Below are positions 17,590 through 25,214 of a DNA stretch of 64,000 nucleotides, one piece after another (positions within the stretch are counted from its first letter, which is position 1; the number at the start of each line of letters is the position of its first letter). The notes under the pieces are model-generated. The model worked only from the letters and a program-made list of their open reading frames with translations. It searched no databases and was not told the DNA's origin. Position numbers and translations under genes: made by a program. Source of the stretch: Escherichia phage vB_EcoM_PHB13. The stretch is from sequence record MK573636; one strand, given 5' to 3'.

Positions 17590-17868
17590 ATGATGCGAAT
17601 TACTGCAACGCTGGATAAGACACACAAAGAAAGATTTTTCGGTATGATCTTAAAAACGCCGATTTTCGATAATTACCTTTATGTTGACTATAACGGTCAC
17701 ATTAGCTATAAATGTAAAAATGATATTCGTGATTCCTTTGGTGATAAATCACAAGCCGATATTCACGATCATTGGTGGAACCATGACGAACCTTTACGGG
17801 TTATCGCAGTTGATGTAAAAACAACAAAAGAAGCTGATAAGGTAGTGAATGATTATGAGCAAATTTAA
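17590..17868 (+). CDS. HxHW/VLAVDV paralog family member C
   Basis: IHDHWW then VIAVDV. Confidence 0.5.
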   Translation: MMRITATLDKTHKERFFGMILKTPIFDNYLYVDYNGHISYKCKNDIRDSFGDKSQADIHDHWWNHDEPLRVIAVDVKTTKEADKVVNDYEQI

Positions 17869-18064
17869 AGATTATAAAGCATATCAACAGATCTTGCGAG
17901 TATACGAACCAGAGTTCGCCGAAAAGATGATGGAAGATGCATCAAAATGCCCGTCCTTTTCTGGAAACAAAAACCATTATTCTACTGGTATTGTATCATG
18001 GAAAGAAACCGCATATACTCAACAATGGATAGATGTGTTTTCAAAAACTCTTGATTGGTGTTAA
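17849..18064 (+). CDS. small protein, MSKFKDY tandem paralog 1
   Basis: N-terminus MSKFKDYKAY; MMEDA motif shared with next ORF. Confidence 0.45.
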   Translation: MIMSKFKDYKAYQQILRVYEPEFAEKMMEDASKCPSFSGNKNHYSTGIVSWKETAYTQQWIDVFSKTLDWC

Positions 18065-18282
18065 TTATGAGTAAATTTAAAGATTATCGAGCATATAAAG
18101 CGATCTGCGATATATTCGATGAAAAGACCGCTCATGCAATGATGGAAGATGCAGAACAATATGAATCATTCGTCAATTCCAAAGATTGCACAGTAAACGA
18201 GGTTGTGTGCTGGAAAGATACAAAGTATGAAGAAAAATGGATTACTGTGTATTACGGAGAACTAGAATATGAAATTAACTAA
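18055..18282 (+). CDS. small protein, MSKFKDY tandem paralog 2
   Basis: N-terminus MSKFKDYRAY; MMEDAEQ; start possibly at internal Met 18067. Confidence 0.45.
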   Translation: MVLIMSKFKDYRAYKAICDIFDEKTAHAMMEDAEQYESFVNSKDCTVNEVVCWKDTKYEEKWITVYYGELEYEIN

Positions 18283-18589
18283 AAAGATTTTCCCAGAATT
18301 GCGTAACTGTCTGTTACTGGTTACTGAATATAAACCTTATACGATCTACTTGTATGTTGATGAAAATCTGAAAATCCGTTACTATGATTATACGTCTCCA
18401 GTAATGAGATCATTTGCTCACGCGATAGCAAACAATTGTATGAATCATAATCATTGGGTAAGTGATAATGATCATGATGCGTCAGAAGTTGTAGTGATCG
18501 CATGGAATCTATCACCAGCGGAAGCAGATCAAGCACGCATTAAGCATTATGCGAAAAACAATTGGTTTGACCTTATAAGTGAGGACTAA
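18269..18589 (+). CDS. HxHW/VLAVDV paralog family member D
   Basis: NHNHW then VVVIAWNL. Confidence 0.5.
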   Translation: MKLTKKIFPELRNCLLLVTEYKPYTIYLYVDENLKIRYYDYTSPVMRSFAHAIANNCMNHNHWVSDNDHDASEVVVIAWNLSPAEADQARIKHYAKNNWFDLISED

Positions 18590-18593
18590 TATT

Positions 18594-18872
18594 ATGTTCA
18601 AAGTAGGTGATAAGTTTATTCTTAGTCGTGATATTCTCCCTAATCTGAAAGGTTGTATCATCAATCCTAGTAAAAATTCATGGTTTTATCTGTTTATCGA
18701 CGACAAACTGAATGTACGCGCCGAATATAAAGAAGGTCTTCGTACTGGTCTAGGTTTCTTTCACGATCATGATCATAGCCATTGGCTAAACGGTGGATTC
18801 GAAGCAACGGTGCTAGCGGTTGATGTGACTTACACGAACATCATAGAAAAATATCAAAAAATTATTTTATAA
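18594..18872 (+). CDS. HxHW/VLAVDV paralog family member E
   Basis: HDHDHSHW then VLAVDV; start placed at ATG after SD GAGGACT. Confidence 0.5.
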   Translation: MFKVGDKFILSRDILPNLKGCIINPSKNSWFYLFIDDKLNVRAEYKEGLRTGLGFFHDHDHSHWLNGGFEATVLAVDVTYTNIIEKYQKIIL

Positions 18873-18878
18873 AAAGTG

Positions 18879-18907
18879 TTGACATAAGATCGGGTGTATA
18901 GCATAAT
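18879..18907 (+). promoter_or_regulatory. PeSL early promoter TTGACA-N17-CATAAT (GGGTGTAT/ATACACCC stem)
   Basis: Direct reading. Confidence 0.6.
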
Positions 18908-18953
18908 ACACCCATCGAAACGAGATACACTTTCTAACTAGGAGAATCAAATT

Positions 18954-19241
18954 ATGGCATACATCACTATCACTCTGAAAGTTAACAAATTTGCTCACGC
19001 TGCACACGAAACCGATAATGCAATCCGTAACAACAAGTTTGCACGTCTGGTACGCGATGCAGTAGCTAAAGAGTTCAACTTCAAATTTGCAGATGGTAAA
19101 GTTATCACTAAATGGACTCATGACGGCGAAACTAAAGTAGAACTTGCTGACAACTTCGCAAATCAGGAATATGCACACCGCCGCATCAATGAAATCATCA
19201 GCGATGAACTCTACTACGGAGTACAGGAAGGTTTGTTTTAA
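18954..19241 (+). CDS. hypothetical early protein (95 aa)
   Basis: ORF after PeSL SD; weak AKEFN similarity to 15638 ORF. Confidence 0.5.
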   Translation: MAYITITLKVNKFAHAAHETDNAIRNNKFARLVRDAVAKEFNFKFADGKVITKWTHDGETKVELADNFANQEYAHRRINEIISDELYYGVQEGLF

Positions 19242-19246
19242 TATAG

Positions 19247-19268
19247 GGGGCGTTAAGCCCCTTTTAAT
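19247..19268 (+). terminator. rho-independent terminator (GGGGC-GTTAA-GCCCC + TTTT)
   Basis: Read directly. Confidence 0.65.
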
Positions 19269-19290
19269 CTATCTGAATGAGGATATCACT

Positions 19291-19599
19291 ATGAAAAATC
19301 TTGTAGTTGAATTTACCCGCGAGAATTTACCACAATTTCGCAATTCTCTGCTTAAACTAGAGAACAGTAATTATGATGTATATTTTTACATCACCGAAGA
19401 TCTAGAGATCCTTTACGCTGATTACCCAGGTCCGATCCGTACCTTCGAAACCGCATCAAAATATAAAAATGTGCACGGTCATGAGCACTGGTTACGAGAA
19501 AACCCAGGTCGCAAGAAAGCACGCGTTAAAGTGTTGGCGATTGACATAACACCAGCATACGCCGACCGGATTGCACAGAATGATTATTTGTCTAAATGA
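19291..19599 (+). CDS. HxHW/VLAVDV paralog family member F
   Basis: HGHEHW then VLAIDI; start moved from track 19144 to Met after terminator and SD GAGGATA. Confidence 0.5.
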   Translation: MKNLVVEFTRENLPQFRNSLLKLENSNYDVYFYITEDLEILYADYPGPIRTFETASKYKNVHGHEHWLRENPGRKKARVKVLAIDITPAYADRIAQNDYLSK

Positions 19600-19606
19600 T
19601 TTCATT

Positions 19607-19633
19607 AGCCGACCTTAGTGTCGGCTTTTTTAT
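19607..19633 (+). terminator. rho-independent terminator (AGCCGAC-loop-GTCGGCT + T6)
   Basis: Read directly. Confidence 0.75.
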
Positions 19634-19657
19634 TGCATAAAATTTAAAAAAAAGGCA

Positions 19658-19686
19658 TTGACACCAGATCACGCCTATAGCATAAT
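19658..19686 (+). promoter_or_regulatory. PeSL early promoter TTGACA-N17-CATAAT
   Basis: Direct reading. Confidence 0.6.
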
Positions 19687-19726
19687 ACACCCATCGAAAC
19701 GAGATACCACTTAGGAGAATCAAACA

Positions 19727-19996
19727 ATGGCGCTGACTAAAACCACTACCAACTTTGCAAAACGTCACGGCTTCGACCTTGAAATCAATAGCTTTAACGA
19801 TTACACCCTTCTGTGTGTATATGAAATCGAAAATGATTGCGAGTGGATGTTCAGCTATCGCGTAAACGAAGACGGATCTTTCACTTGGAACGGAAATATC
19901 TATCTTGCACAGGAAGTAAAAGAAGAACTTCCGGCGACTATCAAAGATGAGAAACATTTACGTCAAGTTTTAAAATTTATTTCTGAAAATATCTAA
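19727..19996 (+). CDS. hypothetical early protein (89 aa)
   Basis: ORF after PeSL SD. Confidence 0.5.
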   Translation: MALTKTTTNFAKRHGFDLEINSFNDYTLLCVYEIENDCEWMFSYRVNEDGSFTWNGNIYLAQEVKEELPATIKDEKHLRQVLKFISENI

Positions 19997-20003
19997 AAAG
20001 TTG

Positions 20004-20032
20004 TTGACACCAAAGTAAGAACATAGCATAAT
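20004..20032 (+). promoter_or_regulatory. PeSL early promoter TTGACA-N17-CATAAT
   Basis: Direct reading. Confidence 0.6.
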
Positions 20033-20065
20033 ACACCCATACCGAAACGAACTGGAGAATCAAAA

Positions 20066-20347
20066 ATGAAATTCATCAAAGCAACCGAAATCCTGAAAAA
20101 CAAAGAAGCATACATCGGAAACATCGTTGGTATGAACATTCGCGGCGCTGGTAGCCAGTGGACCAAACTGGTTGATGTTAAAGCTAAAGGCGATAAAATT
20201 GAGTTCACTGTAAAAATGCTTACTCATAACGCACATATGGGTATCAAGACAAAAACGATGGCAGCAGATAAAAGCATCAACTATCAGGATCTGGGTGATT
20301 GGCTGAACTGGTGCAAAATGCACAACATCGAAACTAATCACGAATAA
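20066..20347 (+). CDS. hypothetical early protein (93 aa)
   Basis: ORF after PeSL SD. Confidence 0.5.
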   Translation: MKFIKATEILKNKEAYIGNIVGMNIRGAGSQWTKLVDVKAKGDKIEFTVKMLTHNAHMGIKTKTMAADKSINYQDLGDWLNWCKMHNIETNHE

Positions 20348-20361
20348 TTTTAAAAAAGTTG

Positions 20362-20390
20362 TTGACGGGGATCGGGAGATCCCCTATAAT
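20362..20390 (+). promoter_or_regulatory. PeSL early promoter TTGACG-GGGATCGGGAGATCCCC-TATAAT
   Basis: Direct reading. Confidence 0.65.
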
Positions 20391-20423
20391 ACACACATAC
20401 CGAAACGAAATAGGAGAATCAAA

Positions 20424-20591
20424 ATGTTCGAGACTAAAGCAGCATGTGAAGCATATATCATTGAAACCCACGGCGAAGATTATCTGAAATTTGACATTGT
20501 AGTAGCACAGAAGATTGTAGGGATGGTTGCGAAATACCTCGGAGTTAAAGAAGGTTACTATCCAAGCAACGCACCGGAAATTAACAAATAA
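20424..20591 (+). CDS. small protein (55 aa), duplicate copy 2 (MFETKAACEAY...)
   Basis: ~85% nt identity by eye to 17166-17333; identical C-terminus GVKEGYYPSNAPEINK. Confidence 0.5.
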   Translation: MFETKAACEAYIIETHGEDYLKFDIVVAQKIVGMVAKYLGVKEGYYPSNAPEINK

Positions 20592-20606
20592 TTTTTATAA
20601 AAAGTG

Positions 20607-20635
20607 TTGACAGGGGAGACACCCTCCCCTATAAT
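20607..20635 (+). promoter_or_regulatory. PeSL early promoter TTGACA-GGGGAGACACCCTCCCC-TATAAT driving the 20676-22731 operon
   Basis: Direct reading. Confidence 0.65.
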
Positions 20636-20675
20636 ACAACCATCAAGACGAGATACCACTTAGGAGAATCAAACA

Positions 20676-20927
20676 ATGGCTAACATCGAAACCGCAAAGA
20701 AAATCGCTAAAGACCTGAACGTTAAAGGCTTCCGTAAACTGAAATTACAGCGTGTACGCTACACCATCGGCAAACAGTGCTCTTTCATGAGCGAAGAAGT
20801 TGCTAACAGCCTCATTGATAACCTGATTGCGGCTGGCTGGGAAGTTGCGGATCTGAAAACTTGCCGCGAACTGGCTAACAAAGGTCTTTTAGATTCTGTT
20901 ACTATAAAACCAATGGGGGCAGCGTGA
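20676..20927 (+). CDS. hypothetical protein (83 aa), first gene of operon
   Basis: ORF after PeSL SD; stop overlaps next start. Confidence 0.5.
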   Translation: MANIETAKKIAKDLNVKGFRKLKLQRVRYTIGKQCSFMSEEVANSLIDNLIAAGWEVADLKTCRELANKGLLDSVTIKPMGAA

Positions 20928-21169
20928 AAAGAAAATTAATTAAACGAAATAAGGAATTTTTGAATAACTGCATTAAGGTTGCTAATGGTTGGCCTTTGTT
21001 CCTCTTCCTTTATGATTGGTATTCTAAACAATCGGTAGAGGAAACACGACACTATAAGAAGATCAGAAAAGAATCATATACAAAACAAGGCCGCATTAAC
21101 GGACTTTACTTAATGTGGCACGGCAAAGAACCTTCTAAAATCTGTGTTGGATTAAAGGGGCGTATATGA
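20924..21169 (+). CDS. hypothetical basic protein (81 aa)
   Basis: ATGA-coupled to neighbours. Confidence 0.45.
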   Translation: MKRKLIKRNKEFLNNCIKVANGWPLFLFLYDWYSKQSVEETRHYKKIRKESYTKQGRINGLYLMWHGKEPSKICVGLKGRI

Positions 21170-21882
21170 AACAAAAATTAATATTCTGCAACTTTGACGG
21201 ATCGGGGATAATGGGGCTAGAATGGGCTAAAGCAGGTCATAAGGTGATCTGCTTTAATGCAGATGATGCCGACCACGGCACATACAAAAAGTATAATACC
21301 CGATTTGAACATCCAAACATTACATATGTAAACACATGGATTGATTTGGATTGGCTGGAAAGAGCAATGGACCTTGAATGGGGAAAACCAGATATTATCT
21401 TTGCATTCCCACCGTGCACCAATTTAGCTGTTAGTGGCGCTGCACACTTTGAACGAAAGAAACGAGAACAAGGACCATTAATTCAAGTTCATGATGTAAG
21501 GGCAGCTAAAATAACCGCTTATTTGGGCGAATGGTTAGAAGTTCCCTACATGATAGAGAATCCTGTAAGCGTTATCTCTAGCATGTGGCGTAAGCCTGAT
21601 TACATGTTCCACCCGTGGGAATATGGCGGTTATTTGCCGGAATATGATATACATCCTACGTTTCCTGAGTATATTGCCTCCCGTGATATGTACCCGAAAA
21701 AGACTTGCTTATGGACGGGACAAGGTTTTATAATGCCAGAAAAGAAACCTATACCGATTAATAAAGGGTACAGTAAACAGCATTCTAAGCTAGGCGGGAA
21801 AGGAACCAGAACAAAGACTATCAGGTCACTTACCCCGCGAGGATTCGCAAAGGCAGTATTTGAAGCCAATAAGGATCTATGA
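21166..21882 (+). CDS. compact C5-cytosine methyltransferase-fold protein (variant motifs PCT / ENP)
   Basis: Motif I FDGSGIMG, motif IV FPPCTNLAVSG, motif VI ENPVSV, motif IX RSLTPRGFAKAV; only 238 aa. Confidence 0.55.
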   Translation: MKQKLIFCNFDGSGIMGLEWAKAGHKVICFNADDADHGTYKKYNTRFEHPNITYVNTWIDLDWLERAMDLEWGKPDIIFAFPPCTNLAVSGAAHFERKKREQGPLIQVHDVRAAKITAYLGEWLEVPYMIENPVSVISSMWRKPDYMFHPWEYGGYLPEYDIHPTFPEYIASRDMYPKKTCLWTGQGFIMPEKKPIPINKGYSKQHSKLGGKGTRTKTIRSLTPRGFAKAVFEANKDL

Positions 21883-22211
21883 TGGGATTGTTTAAGTATT
21901 CGCTAACGTCAAATTACGATAAACAAGGTCATTGCATCAGTTGCCCTGATTGTCGTAGCCATAACATCGAAAGCAAGATCACCGATCATATTGATGGACT
22001 TTGGTCGCCAGCAAGCGAGATAGAATACTATTGCGCTGATTGTGGAATTGTAGTAGCATATTGGGCATACGGATCATATGATCCTTACTTCCAGATGGGA
22101 GAGCGTTCAATCCCTGCTCTTATCTGGAGAATTAAGAACAATATCCGCCATTCATGGGATGAGTTCTTAAAAGATATTGATTTACGTGATGATCCATTCA
22201 GGAGACTATAA
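21879..22211 (+). CDS. zinc-ribbon protein (two CxxC pairs)
   Basis: CISCPDC and CADCG cysteine pairs; coupled to flanking genes. Confidence 0.45.
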   Translation: MMGLFKYSLTSNYDKQGHCISCPDCRSHNIESKITDHIDGLWSPASEIEYYCADCGIVVAYWAYGSYDPYFQMGERSIPALIWRIKNNIRHSWDEFLKDIDLRDDPFRRL

Positions 22212-22212
22212 C

Positions 22213-22731
22213 ATGAACCGTTTGACGCCTAAACGCCGTTACTATACCAATACTAAAAACTTTGTCATCTCTGTTTATGAGGCGTGGTTAGAAGATGGCT
22301 ATATCAACATGAACCCAGATTACCAGCGTCCTTTGGTATGGGACACCGAAAACAAACGTATGTTTATCGAAAACCTGATTAATGATTTTCCGGTTGGTGC
22401 TATCGCAATGGCTAAGATTGATGATGGCTCTCGCTATGAGATCGAAATCGTGGACGGTAAACAGCGTTTAAACGCAATATTCTCCTTTATGAAAGATGAG
22501 TTTAGCATTGCTGGTAATGATGATTCTATGTTGTATTACAGTGATTTTACGCCAGCAGAAAAGCGACGTTTTCGCAATCTCGGACTACCCGCGATCATGA
22601 TGGAAGAGAGCACACGAGAAGATCGATTAGAATATTTCTACAAAACAAACTTTTTCGGTGTGCCTCAATCAGAAGATCATCGCCAGCATGTGATTGCATT
22701 ATTGCAAGATGAGCAATTAAAAAATAACTAA
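22213..22731 (+). CDS. DUF262 / ParB-like (DGQQR-motif) domain protein
   Basis: DYQRPLVWD and DGKQRL motifs; start placed at ATG after SD GGAGA (track 22177). Confidence 0.5.
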   Translation: MNRLTPKRRYYTNTKNFVISVYEAWLEDGYINMNPDYQRPLVWDTENKRMFIENLINDFPVGAIAMAKIDDGSRYEIEIVDGKQRLNAIFSFMKDEFSIAGNDDSMLYYSDFTPAEKRRFRNLGLPAIMMEESTREDRLEYFYKTNFFGVPQSEDHRQHVIALLQDEQLKNN

Positions 22732-22738
22732 AAAGTTG

Positions 22739-22768
22739 TTGACAGGGGGATCGGTGATCCCCTATAAT
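22739..22768 (+). promoter_or_regulatory. PeSL early promoter TTGACA-GGGGGATCGGTGATCCCC-TATAAT
   Basis: Direct reading. Confidence 0.65.
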
Positions 22769-22804
22769 GCAAACATACCGAAACGAACTACTAAGGAGTA
22801 TCAA

Positions 22805-23017
22805 ATGGCTAACATCGAAATCATCATTACCGACGTAACTTATGACCGCATTAACGAAATCGGTACTGCTTTGCTAGAAGATGGAACAACTCGCACCATC
22901 AACTACGCAGAATACGTTGAAATGCGCGGTTGTATTAAACGAGTAGGAAAATATATCCTGATTGAAAAAGACTATTCAGGATACACATTAGAGCAATTGC
23001 TCGATGGTGCATTATAA
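22805..23017 (+). CDS. hypothetical early protein (70 aa)
   Basis: Start after PeSL SD; track start 22736 spans promoter and is rejected. Confidence 0.5.
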   Translation: MANIEIIITDVTYDRINEIGTALLEDGTTRTINYAEYVEMRGCIKRVGKYILIEKDYSGYTLEQLLDGAL

Positions 23018-23023
23018 TAAATT

Positions 23024-23046
23024 GGGGCGTTAAGCCCCCTTTTCAT
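23024..23046 (+). terminator. rho-independent terminator (GGGGC-GTTAA-GCCCC + TTTT)
   Basis: Same hairpin family as 19247. Confidence 0.65.
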
Positions 23047-23084
23047 AAATATAGGTTTATAGGTTATCAACTAGAGGATATAAA

Positions 23085-25136
23085 ATGTTTAACTTAGAAA
23101 TCGACGATCTAATGATTGAATCTTTCGAGAAATGGCTGTTGACGGAAGAGGAAGAAAACTTTGGCAGTATTGCTCCGGTACAGTGCTTAAAGCCTAAGCA
23201 GAATCCTAAACAGCTTTTTGCAGTACAGACACGCGATAAAGATGTGATTGTCCGTCTTTGTAACTTCACCAACAAAACACCTAAAATCATTCGTATGGGT
23301 GACAAGACCGCACATGTTGTACTGTGCGAAATGAACAAAAGCGGTCGTATTGTACAGCTTAAAAATGGTCTAGGCGATAACCCGATTGCAGTTATGGCAA
23401 GTGCTTTTGATGTGGTTATGGAAACAGCCCGTAAAGCGCAATTAGACGCTGTTATGTTCCGTTTTAACGTATCCCGCATGAAAGGTAAGACCGAACTGGT
23501 TAAGCGCGTTATAGAGCGTTTGGTGCGTCGTACACCGAAGTTTGAAGTATTCCAGCAGGAAGTAATGACCAGCAAAAAGATCGCTTTAGTTGTTGTCAAG
23601 CGTCGAGGTATGGCGATTGATAAGATTAAAGGGATTAAACTTGATGAATCCTTGTTCACTAAAGTAGAAAGTGATTTAGGTGATCGCTGGGTATCTAAAG
23701 CTACTGGCGAATCTCTGACTAAAGATGAAGCATATGCGGCTAGTCTTGTGTCAGAAGAAGAACGAAACGCGGAAGCAGAACAACGCGTAGCGGCTAAATC
23801 TCGTTTGACTAAAGAAGAAATGCTGAAAACTCAAGCGACCTATAACAGCGACTATGTGAATCATCCAGAAAAAATTAATCTTAAACCGGAAGAAGATATC
23901 ACCGAAGCAGAACCTAAGAAACAGTTTAATACTCTGATTGACCGTCAAGCCTTAGAACGTTCAACCGCCCGTTCTCTGAATGACTGGACAAGTGATATTA
24001 TCACTCGCTATGGTTTCATGCGTACTATTTTTGAAAGCGAAGCCGATGCAAAATACGCAGTAAGCGAACTGGTAAAAGTTCAGGACCAATATGATCCGTT
24101 GTCTGCGGAAGTTATCGCAGCATCAATCAAACGCTTAAAAGAAATCATGAGCGAGGAAGTATTCGAAAACAAGATCACTGCGTTGGCAATGGATCGAGTA
24201 GACCAGTCTATGCCAGCAGATGTAAAAGCTGAAATGCTGCGTAGTCATATCACACAGATTAAAACCGATGCCCTTCGTAATGTTGCCTCCGGTATGTTTG
24301 AAGCAATTGCAAGTAACATGGGTGAAATGATGGCAGATATTGATCTTGACCTACCAGGCGCGGAAGGTTTTGTGTTGAGCGAATATGCGGATGCAGCATA
24401 CATCAATATGAACAACTTCCTAACCGATCGTAAGCTGGATGAGTTCGAAGGGATCGCTGACCCAGAAGAATTGGTCAAGATGTGCGACGCACTGGATAAT
24501 GCCTTCGCTAACTATGGCGTTAAACTTGATCCGGGTACTATTCTGTATCGTGGTATGGACTTCCGGTCTCAAATGTGGGAAACTGCACGTAAGCAAAAAG
24601 CGTTTTACTTTAAAAACTATGTGAGCACTTCCCTTGCACCTAACATTTTTGGCGGCTGGAATGCAAACGTGGCTAGTGCCGTTGCTGGTGTTGATTCTAT
24701 GGCTGGCTCTCGCGGTGAAGGTGGCGCGAATGTTGCTTTCTCCATTGCTGGCGCGGAAAACATCCCTGTATTGCCAGTAGGTAACAAAGCATTTGCTTAC
24801 AAAGAATGCGAGATTTTACTTCCTCGCGGTGTTGTGTTATCCTTTGATACGGTAACTCGTGCTACGGCATCGACGGATTCACAAGAAACATATTACATTG
24901 AGGCACATATTATGAACAAAAGTGAACTGGCAGCATTACAAGAATCTGGCGAAATGATCGCGGATGGTGATGCATTCATCCGTGAAGGTGTTGTTAAACC
25001 TGCTTCTGACCTGTCTTTCTCCAGATTCATTACAGAAGCTAAAACCGAACGTAAGAAAGCAGATAAGGCAACTCTACGTCAGCTTATCGCTGATCTGGTG
25101 TCTGTAGACGCAATGCCAGATAAATTTAAAATGTAA
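23085..25136 (+). CDS. alt: Alt-like ADP-ribosyltransferase (virion-packaged in T4)
   Basis: 683 aa; matches to T4 Alt (FTKVESDLGD, FYFKNYVSTSLAPNIFGGW) and R-S-E ART triad (YRG, STS, ECEILLPRG). Confidence 0.8.
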   Translation: MFNLEIDDLMIESFEKWLLTEEEENFGSIAPVQCLKPKQNPKQLFAVQTRDKDVIVRLCNFTNKTPKIIRMGDKTAHVVLCEMNKSGRIVQLKNGLGDNPIAVMASAFDVVMETARKAQLDAVMFRFNVSRMKGKTELVKRVIERLVRRTPKFEVFQQEVMTSKKIALVVVKRRGMAIDKIKGIKLDESLFTKVESDLGDRWVSKATGESLTKDEAYAASLVSEEERNAEAEQRVAAKSRLTKEEMLKTQATYNSDYVNHPEKINLKPEEDITEAEPKKQFNTLIDRQALERSTARSLNDWTSDIITRYGFMRTIFESEADAKYAVSELVKVQDQYDPLSAEVIAASIKRLKEIMSEEVFENKITALAMDRVDQSMPADVKAEMLRSHITQIKTDALRNVASGMFEAIASNMGEMMADIDLDLPGAEGFVLSEYADAAYINMNNFLTDRKLDEFEGIADPEELVKMCDALDNAFANYGVKLDPGTILYRGMDFRSQMWETARKQKAFYFKNYVSTSLAPNIFGGWNANVASAVAGVDSMAGSRGEGGANVAFSIAGAENIPVLPVGNKAFAYKECEILLPRGVVLSFDTVTRATASTDSQETYYIEAHIMNKSELAALQESGEMIADGDAFIREGVVKPASDLSFSRFITEAKTERKKADKATLRQLIADLVSVDAMPDKFKM

Positions 25137-25153
25137 TTTTTAAGAAATAATGG

Positions 25154-25182
25154 TTGACTCAAACGGGGACTAGTTTTATACT
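25154..25182 (+). promoter_or_regulatory. promoter TTGACT-N17-TATACT overlapping alt terminator hairpin
   Basis: Direct reading; stem CGGGG(A)CTAG/CTAGCCCCG then TTTTCTG. Confidence 0.5.
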
Positions 25183-25214
25183 AGCCCCGTTTTCTGTTAT
25201 ATGGGAGGTTTAAA

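Noticed and set aside
15560-22800. CRISPR array or other spacer-repeat array
   Set aside because: The repeated elements are ~70-bp promoter cassettes separated by protein-coding ORFs of variable length (170-720 bp), not short regular repeat-spacer units; each repeat contains -35/-10 hexamers and an SD.
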